Made by a program: the position numbers and the translations under genes. From Nitrosomonadaceae bacterium (lineage in GTDB: Bacteria > Pseudomonadota > Gammaproteobacteria > Burkholderiales > Nitrosomonadaceae): a stretch of 32,000 nt of DNA. The DNA is taken from positions 2,084,371-2,116,370 of the forward strand of contig OZ252054.1 in assembly GCA_965248035.1 (NCBI GenBank), in the 5' to 3' direction. Positions 8,199-14,458 of this stretch are shown piece by piece (position 1 is the first letter of the stretch; each line of letters begins with the position of its first letter). The notes beneath the pieces were generated by a model. That model did no database searches, was not told where the DNA came from, and saw nothing but the letters and a program-made list of their open reading frames with translations.

Positions 8199-8386
8199 TC
8201 TATCAACGGCCCTCTCAAGATTGAGTCCGGGGAGGTGACTGGTCTCACAGCCTGCCTCCTCGCCAATACCGATGCCTATGACAACCTGCTTTCCACGCTG
8301 AAACAGCGAACATTTGAGTTAGCCAAACAGATTACCCCGTTACATCCGTTACATGGCAGTCCGGTAACAACTACATAAATCCCTAA

Positions 8387-8899
8387 AAAGATATCAAAGA
8401 ACTTGGCATGTACTTTCATGATCGGGTGGTACAGGAATTCAGGCAGGATCTCAAGCATCGCTTTAAAGTCATCGAGCGTCCTGAGCAGTCACGACAACGA
8501 GCTCTACGCTTAGAACTAGCTCTGCTTGAGATCGACCCATCAACACCGGTGTTGCATGCACTTAGCTGGGCGTCTCCTGTTCCGGGAACCGGTACAGCGC
8601 TCGGTATGGCCCAGAAGCGTACGGTCGCCTTCGAGGGACGACTGCGTGACCTTAAAACCGGTAAAGTAGTTGCCACCTTCGCTGACCACGATATGGCGGA
8701 TGCTGGACCGCTTGATTTGACCCGGTTGACTTGGTATGGTCCCGCCAAAGGCGTCATGGATCGCTGGGCGGAGCAATTCGTGGAGATTGCTAACAGCAAG
8801 GACGGCGCGGCAGTGACCGACCCGGTTGCTTTCACGCTGATGCCTTTCGAACCACCCACGGTAACAGAGATACAAATGAAGGTAGAAGACGCTTTTTAG
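8387..8899 (+). pseudogene. 3' part of the interrupted DUF3313-like lipoprotein gene
   Basis: Frame 2 opens immediately after the right end of the IS (KDIKELGMYFHDRVVQEFRQDL...) and runs to TAG at 8897-8899. It continues the protein begun at 6036. The three overlapping ORFs reported here reflect locally high GC. Confidence 0.65.
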
Positions 8900-8937
8900 G
8901 CACCCATTTGTTTCTGGTTGGAGAAAGTAATTCGCTT

Positions 8938-8970
8938 GATGTATGCTTTTTCGATCCAAAGCAGACATTC
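8938..8970. repeat. Palindromic repeat copy (gatGTATGCTTTttcgatccAAAGCAGACattc)
   Basis: Same architecture as copies 1 and 2, with one stem mismatch. Confidence 0.6.
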
Positions 8971-9092
8971 AATGACTCTTCTCTAGGCAACTAATTCGAC
9001 TATTGTCTCATTTTTTAAACCCTATTTTTCACGTAAAGCCAGCTTCTCCTGGCCAGTAAGAACCATCACTTACATTTATCTATAATTTTCGC

Positions 9093-9119
9093 TTGACATT
9101 ACAGAACGGTCGTTATAAT
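9093..9119 (+). promoter_or_regulatory. Promoter of the TetR gene (TTGACA-15 nt-TATAAT) overlapping an operator-like motif
   Basis: TTGACA at 9093-9098 and TATAAT at 9114-9119. The spacer TTACAGAACGGTCGT shares its first 10 nt with the motif at 9744. ATG 9145 lies 26 nt downstream. Confidence 0.55.
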
Positions 9120-9144
9120 ATGCCTCTAAAGTTACAAACAGAAT

Positions 9145-9727
9145 ATGAGCAGACCCAGACAATATGATCGTGAAGAGGTGCTAGAGAAAACCACAGATCT
9201 ATTTTGGGAGAGGGGTTTTGAAGCCACTTCCATGAATGAAGTGATAGCCCAGAACAGGGCTAAACAAGCATAGCTTATATAATGAATTTGGCGATAAAGA
9301 GGAATTATTTCTCTTATCTATCGATCAATATGTTAATAAATCTATCAAAGTATTGAACGAAATACTCACCAAAAAACCATTAGGACTAGGTAATATTGAA
9401 ACATTTTTTGGCAATCGAGTGAACTATGCTACTTCTGAAAATTGCAAAGGATGCCTTTTAGTTAATTCTATTACCGGAATAAAGGTGCTAAGCGAAGAGA
9501 TTAATCGAAAGGTTAAATCACTACTCTCATACTTTAATGTGTCTTTTTATAATTGCTTAAAAGCGGCACAGGATAATAATGAGATTAGTAAAGATAAGGA
9601 TTGTAAAGCTTTGTCAGGTTATCTAGCTTGTTTTACCTTCGGATTATCGAATGTGGGAAGGAATGAAACAAAAAGGAGAAAATTACGGAAGATTCTAGAT
9701 GTTGCATTATCGGCAATTAAAAATTAG
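9145..9727 (+). pseudogene. TetR-family regulator with a +1 frameshift inside the HTH (extra A near 9253)
   Basis: Frame 1 gives MSRPRQYDREEVLEKTTDLFWERGFEATSMNEVIAQ, then NRAKQA*. Frame 2 from 9254 gives TGLNKHSLYNEFGDKEELFLLSIDQYV... and continues into ORF 9353..9727. Joined, they form a canonical TetR N-terminal HTH. This is either a pseudogene or a sequencing error. Confidence 0.75.
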
Positions 9728-9743
9728 ATATTTTTTTGCACAG

Positions 9744-9766
9744 TTACAGAACGTTCATTGTTAAAT
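9744..9766 (+). promoter_or_regulatory. Second copy of the operator-like motif (TTACAGAACGTTCATTGTTAAAT) upstream of 9826
   Basis: The first 10 nt are identical to 9099-9108, and the TC and TT at motif positions 12-13 and 15-16 are conserved. It is preceded by TTGCAC (9736-9741). The -10 assignment is uncertain. Confidence 0.4.
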
Positions 9767-9825
9767 ATTTCATTTTTACTACGCAATAGATACATAATTC
9801 TTAAACAACCTTAAAGGAGACAATT

Positions 9826-10230
9826 ATGAGCAATTCAAAAAAATATAATGTGGCAATTTTTAGAAATGTTAACGCTGTAAATAGATTAGCAACCATTAAA
9901 TTGGTTCACCTCCTTTTTTTTAGTTCTTTAGTTGGATTATTTTTATTGTCAGCCAATGCAGCCGAGCTAACGGGTACAGCTTCTAAAATTGATTCTGGTT
10001 TCTACGACGGTAGCTACGGTAGAGGGGCATATTGGGTAACAAGGGGACTCTATAGCTCAATATTCAGTGTTGATGTCAAAAGTGTAATTGGTTCGGATGC
10101 GGCAAACGCTAATACAAATAAATCACCGAGCTCGATTCGTGAAGGTGCTGACAATCCAGTGAAATACTTTATTTACAGTTATTACTACTTGGATCATACC
10201 AGTGATTCTTCCAAAATTGAAGCAATGTGA
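9826..10230 (+). CDS. Exported hypothetical protein (134 aa)
   Basis: Strong RBS AAAGGAGA upstream. Hydrophobic segment LLFFSSLVGLFLLSANA|AE. The mature part is Tyr/Ser-rich. No family recognised. Confidence 0.6.
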   Translation: MSNSKKYNVAIFRNVNAVNRLATIKLVHLLFFSSLVGLFLLSANAAELTGTASKIDSGFYDGSYGRGAYWVTRGLYSSIFSVDVKSVIGSDAANANTNKSPSSIREGADNPVKYFIYSYYYLDHTSDSSKIEAM

Positions 10231-10372
10231 TTCGAGCAGAACATGAACTTAGAGCCCAGGAGTTGCAACTATGCAGAAAAGCTCTGGTAGAAGTTTCTAG
10301 AGTTGCGCAATTAAAAAGCATCATCCAGGCGTAGGCTAACAACATTTTCAAACAACTTTTAGGAGAAATAAG

Positions 10373-10582
10373 ATGGTTACTTTATCAATTTTTAGTGCAT
10401 TGCTTGTTCTGAGCTTTTCCGTGTTCGTTTTTGTCGCTACGTGGTACGTAACTCCTATGGTGCAGGTGATAGATATATCGAATTCACCATTAGCACGACC
10501 AGTGTTAAAGCCTTTTACTTGGGAACCTGGGTTAATCCGTTATCCGGAGAATAACTACGCTATACGCGGTGTATTTGAGTGA
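10373..10582 (+). CDS. Small membrane protein (69 aa)
   Basis: AGGAGAAATAAG lies upstream of the ATG. One transmembrane segment, LSIFSALLVLSFSVFVFVATWYV. No family recognised. Confidence 0.5.
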   Translation: MVTLSIFSALLVLSFSVFVFVATWYVTPMVQVIDISNSPLARPVLKPFTWEPGLIRYPENNYAIRGVFE

Positions 10583-10671
10583 AAGTGATGGGAATTTACT
10601 CAGATTTAAGGTTTTTGACAAAATTAGACTTAAAATTGGCTTTTTACTTGCGTTAAAATTTTATTGATTGT

Positions 10672-10701
10672 GAATGTTCGCTTTGGGTCGAACGTAAATG
10701 G
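10672..10701. repeat. Degenerate copy of the palindromic repeat (GAATGTTCGCTTTGGGTCgaacgtaaatgg)
   Basis: The left arm and loop match the family. The right arm is decayed. Confidence 0.4.
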
Positions 10702-10775
10702 TCGAGCTTCGGCTCTAGGGCTTTTGTTGATAATCCAACTAGAGCACATTCTAAACTTGATTTTTCAGTATATGC

Positions 10776-10804
10776 TTGACATTTAATCATATTAAGTCTA
10801 TTAT
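10776..10804 (+). promoter_or_regulatory. Candidate sigma70 promoter (TTGACA-17 nt-TATTAT)
   Basis: TTGACA at 10776-10781, a 17-nt spacer, then TATTAT at 10799-10804. It reads toward the small ORF and the zinc-ribbon/HTH gene. Confidence 0.45.
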
Positions 10805-10825
10805 TAGAAAATCAACTAACTGATT

Positions 10826-10839
10826 ATATATCGATATAT
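10826..10839. promoter_or_regulatory. Perfect 14-bp palindrome ATATATCGATATAT (candidate operator)
   Basis: Self-complementary by inspection. It lies about 20 nt downstream of the predicted -10 and upstream of an HTH-protein gene. Confidence 0.35.
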
Positions 10840-10900
10840 TATTCTTGCAATGGTAATTGATGACAAATAATCAATAATATCAGCATGGCATTAGCGATAG

Positions 10901-11110
10901 TTGCTACTTTACTACACCCATGTAATTGAAATAGAGGGTGTCAGCGGTAATACTAGATACGCCGCATCAGGTAGAACGGCGGAAGGTTGTTTGGGAAGTA
11001 TTGTAATTAAGCTAATGGAGACCCAATCACATGATTTTATTTATTACCGTATTAGCAAAACGTTAATAATTAAAGTCTACAATCTTCAAATACAAAAGAG
11101 AGAAATTTGA
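10901..11110 (+). CDS. Small ORF upstream of, and overlapping, the HTH gene; possible degenerate RelE/HigB-type toxin
   Basis: 69 codons from TTG, with no good RBS. The C-terminal DFIYYRISKTLIIKVYNLQIQKREI loosely resembles the YRIIY...I.I..V beta-strands of RelE/ParE-superfamily toxins. Its stop overlaps the next gene's TTG start (atTTGAat, 11107-11110). Confidence 0.3.
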   Translation: MLLYYTHVIEIEGVSGNTRYAASGRTAEGCLGSIVIKLMETQSHDFIYYRISKTLIIKVYNLQIQKREI

Positions 11111-11700
11111 ATCAGGAAACAAAATTTAATACTTGCCATAAATGTAGCTCTACGCAGGTAAAGACATATACCTTACCGTATCATGTAGAAAATCTCCTTG
11201 GCATGCGTATTAGGGTCAATGATTGTGCAATTAAAACGGCTTGCTACATATGTAAAGAAGAAGTGATTACCATTCCAGATGTTAAAGGACTGATTACTGC
11301 TGTCGCAGTTGCTCGAATTATGCTTCCTACCAAATTGAGCGGATTAGAAATTAAGTTTCTTCGCAAAGTAATTGAGTTATCTTCAAAGGGCTTTGCCAAA
11401 ATCATGGGTATTAGGCCTGAAACGGTTTCTCGTTGGGAGAGTAATGGTGAACAAAAAATTGGCTATTCTGAGGAAAAGATATTTAGAATTTTAGTTGGAA
11501 ATAAGTTAAAAAAAGAACCGCAGGACGGTGATAAAGCCCCAGCGGTAGATTATGATCATATGGCTATCGTAGAAATGGCCATCAATCCGATCAGACCATC
11601 TGGAAATGCCCCACTCTTAAAATTTGCACGAGTAAGAATGAAATTAAAAAACAAAAAAGCTCAAGATCTTTGGGATGAATTAGAATCCAAAGCGGCGTAA
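11107..11700 (+). CDS. Zinc-ribbon + XRE-type HTH protein (MqsA/YgiT-like architecture)
   Basis: CHKC...CYIC (a Cys-x2-Cys pair twice), then LSGLEIKFLRKVIELSSKGFAKIMGIRPETVSRWESNG (XRE HTH). An extra ~60-aa C-terminal extension is present. TTG start. Confidence 0.7.
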   Translation: MNQETKFNTCHKCSSTQVKTYTLPYHVENLLGMRIRVNDCAIKTACYICKEEVITIPDVKGLITAVAVARIMLPTKLSGLEIKFLRKVIELSSKGFAKIMGIRPETVSRWESNGEQKIGYSEEKIFRILVGNKLKKEPQDGDKAPAVDYDHMAIVEMAINPIRPSGNAPLLKFARVRMKLKNKKAQDLWDELESKAA

Positions 11701-11725
11701 GATATTTGTAATGAACCTGGGCGCT
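11701..11725 (+). repeat. Direct repeat, left copy (GATATTTGTAATGAACCTGGGCGCT)
   Basis: Matches 12921-12945 at 22/25. It starts immediately after the stop codon at 11698-11700. Confidence 0.6.
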
Positions 11726-11794
11726 GCTCGTGAGGTATTTCTTACCGCAAGAAAAGAGCATGCTGACGCTAAAGCGTGAGGCCATTGTAACCTC

Positions 11795-12106
11795 TTACTT
11801 TGCAGCCCTCGCTCGTTCACGTTCAGCTCCCAGGTTGGAAACCTCCCTTTCCAATTTCTCAAGACGGCGTTTTTCTGAAATATCTAGTCTTGTTCTGTCA
11901 GTAATGCTACGGATATTGTGTTTGATCTGAGTATTAGTCTCTTGCTTTGCAGCCCGCGCTCGTTCACGTTCAGCCCCCAGGTTGGAAACCTCCCTTTCCA
12001 ATTTCTCGAGACGGCGTTTTTCTGAAATGTCTAGTCCGTCGACCTCATCTTGGGCGTGTGCTTGGAAAACGACTGAGATCAGTATGGCAAGGATAAAGGT
12101 TTTCAA
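11795..12106 (-). CDS. Secreted coiled-coil protein with an exact 30-aa internal duplication
   Basis: TTG start at 12106 with GAGGA 8 nt upstream. Signal peptide MKTFILAILISVVFQAHAQ. LDISEKRRLEKLEREVSNLGAERERARAAK occurs twice. Confidence 0.65.
   Translation of the reverse strand: MKTFILAILISVVFQAHAQDEVDGLDISEKRRLEKLEREVSNLGAERERARAAKQETNTQIKHNIRSITDRTRLDISEKRRLEKLEREVSNLGAERERARAAK
11798..11889. repeat. Intragenic 92-bp direct repeat, copy A
   Basis: 88/92 identity to 11945-12036. The offset is 147 bp (49 codons, in frame). Confidence 0.9.
11945..12036. repeat. Intragenic 92-bp direct repeat, copy B
   Basis: See copy A. Differences are at repeat positions 12, 31, 64 and 85 only. Confidence 0.9.
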
Positions 12107-12238
12107 GGTGCCATCCTCTAAAAACTACCATTAAACATCTATTTTAATGATACGTAATCAGTAGGCTAGAGGTTAGACTCCTCAACAGTATCAGTAGAAA
12201 CAAATGGTTAGATAGAAATTCCTGGCTATTTTTATTTC

Positions 12239-12664
12239 TCAAACAACTAGCTTTGCTAACCCCTCAGGAAGGCTTGCTCCCATTACAATTCTTTGTTCAT
12301 ATACTGCGACACCTACACCGAATCCTATAACCTTATTCCCAGAAAGTATGTTGTTTCCTATTCGAATACCACTACCCTGGATTTCGCATTCAGGAAGTTT
12401 TTGTGAAAGTCCCTTAATGATGCGCCTCTCCTGGTCAAAACTATAGAGCTCCTGTCCATTAAGAATTACTTTAAAGCCATCCTCTATAAGTTCATATTGT
12501 ATGTTTGGAGCGGGTTCATTTCCCAAAACTTCCAAAACTGCTTTGGTACCATCAAGTAAAATAATTGAAATGCGACCCGTTTTGTCTTCTAGGATTGCTC
12601 GCTTGCCCCATAATAGTGGTATTCTAACGTCCTCAAATCTTTGACTTCCCATGTTCAAATTCAT
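12239..12664 (-). CDS. Hypothetical cytoplasmic protein (141 aa)
   Basis: The ATG is preceded by GAGGAG with 7-nt spacing. No signal peptide and no recognised motifs. Confidence 0.6.
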   Translation of the reverse strand: MNLNMGSQRFEDVRIPLLWGKRAILEDKTGRISIILLDGTKAVLEVLGNEPAPNIQYELIEDGFKVILNGQELYSFDQERRIIKGLSQKLPECEIQGSGIRIGNNILSGNKVIGFGVGVAVYEQRIVMGASLPEGLAKLVV

Positions 12665-12920
12665 GACTCAACTCCTCATTGATTCTTCGTTTGTCCCTGC
12701 ACTCGATTCAGACGCATAAAGCAATGATAAGAAAAATGTGTGTAGCATGAATACTACAATTGAGCTTTTCATTATTCTTCCCTTCTTTTAAAGGCAGATT
12801 ATTCGCCTAACTTAGATCTATTGATCAGACAGTGATTACAACGACAAAAATTCAACAATCTAAAGCATTGCAATAAGGTAAAAACTGGATGGGCACATTG
12901 TAGAGGAGCTTGGGGCTTGG

Positions 12921-12945
12921 GATATTCGCAATGAACCTGGACGCT
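12921..12945 (+). repeat. Direct repeat, right copy (GATATTCGCAATGAACCTGGACGCT)
   Basis: Matches 11701-11725 at 22/25. It lies 34 nt upstream of the MFS ORF start. Confidence 0.6.
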
Positions 12946-12978
12946 TTGGTTAATATCTGAAGTCGGCTTTTAATCCAA

Positions 12979-14328
12979 TTGCAGATTAGAACAAAACCTG
13001 TTTTCATTGGCCTAGTGACTTCACAAGACAAACCTACATACCTTGCTGCTGACGTAAGCCGACGAGAAGTCTGGTCGTGGGCAATGTTCGATTTTGCAAA
13101 CTCCGGCTACACTACTGTTGTCATTACAACAATATTCAATGCTTATTTCGTTGCCGCGGTGGTTGGCAATCAGAACTGGGGAACATTCGCATGGACGGCG
13201 ACGCTTGCAGTTTCATATGTACTCATTATTCTAACTGCGCCTGTTCTAGGCGCGTATGCCGATGCCTACGCTGCAAAAAAACGTCTTCTATTTCTAACTG
13301 CCATAGGTTGTATTATCTTCACCGCACTGCTTTTCTTTGTCGGCCCAGGAGATTTTTGGTTAGCGGTGGTGCTTATAATTTTTGCGAATTTCTTCTTTGG
13401 TAGCGGTGAGAATCTGATTGCCGCATTTCTACCTGAGCTGGCACAAAGCAAGGCACTTGGAAAGGTATCAGGCTGGGGCTGGAGTCTTGGTTATCTTGGT
13501 GGCATGGTAAGCTTAGGATGCTCACTCGCGTATGTGACTTGGGCGCAGGAGCAGGGACAACAGGCTGAACAATTCGTGCCAGTAACCCTGCTAATAACCG
13601 CTTTTTTGTTCGCCGTGTCCTGTGTTCCGACATTTCTCTACCTGAGAGAACGGGCACAACCGCAACCACATCTACACAAACGCAGCATAGTAGGTGAAGC
13701 CTTCGCACGACTAGGCGACACAATTAAACATGTGCGTGACTATCGTGACTTGGTACGCTTTCTTGTTTGCCTCATAGCCTATCAGGCAGGCATTCAAACG
13801 GTGGTAGTGACAGCTGCGATATATGCGCAACAGGTAATGAACTTTGATACTGGCGACACTATGTTACTAGTAGTATTGGTTAACATCACCGCTGCGCTGG
13901 GCGCATTCGTATTTGGCAATATACAAGATAAAATTGGTCATATTCTAACCATCGCGCTGACCCTTATTGGTTGGATCGTCATGGTGTTACTTGCTTGGGG
14001 AGCGGAAGAACGTGCCACGTTCTGGTTAGCAGCCAACATTGCCGGCTTGTGTTTGGGCGCATCCCAGTCAGCAGGACGTGCTCTGGTTGGATACTTTACA
14101 CCCGCACTTCGACGAGCTGAATTTTTTGGGCTGTGGGGGCTGGCAGTAAAATTGTCATCGATACTCGGTCCGGTAACATATGGGTTGGTAAGCTGGATAT
14201 CGAATGGCGATCATCGTCTTGCGATGCTAATTACTGGCAGCTATTTTATTATCGGCCTAGTGATATTAATGGGTGTAAATGTGCGAAGGGGTCGACAAGC
14301 TGCGCTACGCAATAAAGCAATTCTTTAA
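12979..14328 (+). CDS. MFS transporter, UMF1/Atg22-like family
   Basis: 449 aa with about 12 hydrophobic segments. The N-terminal VWSWAMFDFANSGYTTVV resembles the family motif (W..YD.ANS.Y). The start codon is uncertain (TTG 12979; no in-frame ATG before the conserved motif). Confidence 0.75.
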   Translation: MQIRTKPVFIGLVTSQDKPTYLAADVSRREVWSWAMFDFANSGYTTVVITTIFNAYFVAAVVGNQNWGTFAWTATLAVSYVLIILTAPVLGAYADAYAAKKRLLFLTAIGCIIFTALLFFVGPGDFWLAVVLIIFANFFFGSGENLIAAFLPELAQSKALGKVSGWGWSLGYLGGMVSLGCSLAYVTWAQEQGQQAEQFVPVTLLITAFLFAVSCVPTFLYLRERAQPQPHLHKRSIVGEAFARLGDTIKHVRDYRDLVRFLVCLIAYQAGIQTVVVTAAIYAQQVMNFDTGDTMLLVVLVNITAALGAFVFGNIQDKIGHILTIALTLIGWIVMVLLAWGAEERATFWLAANIAGLCLGASQSAGRALVGYFTPALRRAEFFGLWGLAVKLSSILGPVTYGLVSWISNGDHRLAMLITGSYFIIGLVILMGVNVRRGRQAALRNKAIL

Positions 14329-14458
14329 TACAGTGTAGAAATCCACGGAGATATAAAATCTATGCGCTAGCACCGTTTTGGTTAAAGCATTTATTACTGC
14401 TTTATCCCTATTAATCTGCCTTCTTGGCCTAAGCTCAGATTTTCCGCAATCCGTAAAT

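Larger units (their letters stand above)
6375..8383 (+). mobile_element. IS1595-family (ISXO2-like) element, 2009 bp, carrying a methyltransferase passenger
   Basis: Terminal inverted repeats GGGAACTATATACTTTACACCGG (6375-6397) and the complement of 8361-8383 (GGGATTTATGTAGTTGTTACCGG) match at 16/23, including GGGA and ACCGG. The flanks are A-rich octamers, TAAAAAAA (6367-6374) and TAAAAAGA (8384-8391), consistent with an 8-bp target duplication. Both halves of one lipoprotein gene flank the element. Confidence 0.75.

Noticed and set aside
8126-8378. Possible third, frameshifted ORF at the right end of the IS (MQSLIEEILTDKAGKIYCAVLEQLIY... in frame 2, then ...NGPLKIESGEVTGLTACLLANTDAYDNLLSTLKQRTFELAKQITPLHPL in frame 3)
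   Set aside because: Both pieces look protein-like. However, there is no start or RBS for the second piece, the first overlaps the methyltransferase 3' end, and I recognise no family. This is not enough to call a gene or pseudogene. It is worth a BLASTX.
8416-8968. Two long minus-strand ORFs (147 and 142 aa) overlapping the lipoprotein 3' fragment
   Set aside because: The locally GC-rich sequence keeps several frames open. Only the plus frame continues the lipoprotein begun at 6036 and shows family-like sequence. The antisense products are Arg/Ser/Cys-rich and low in complexity.
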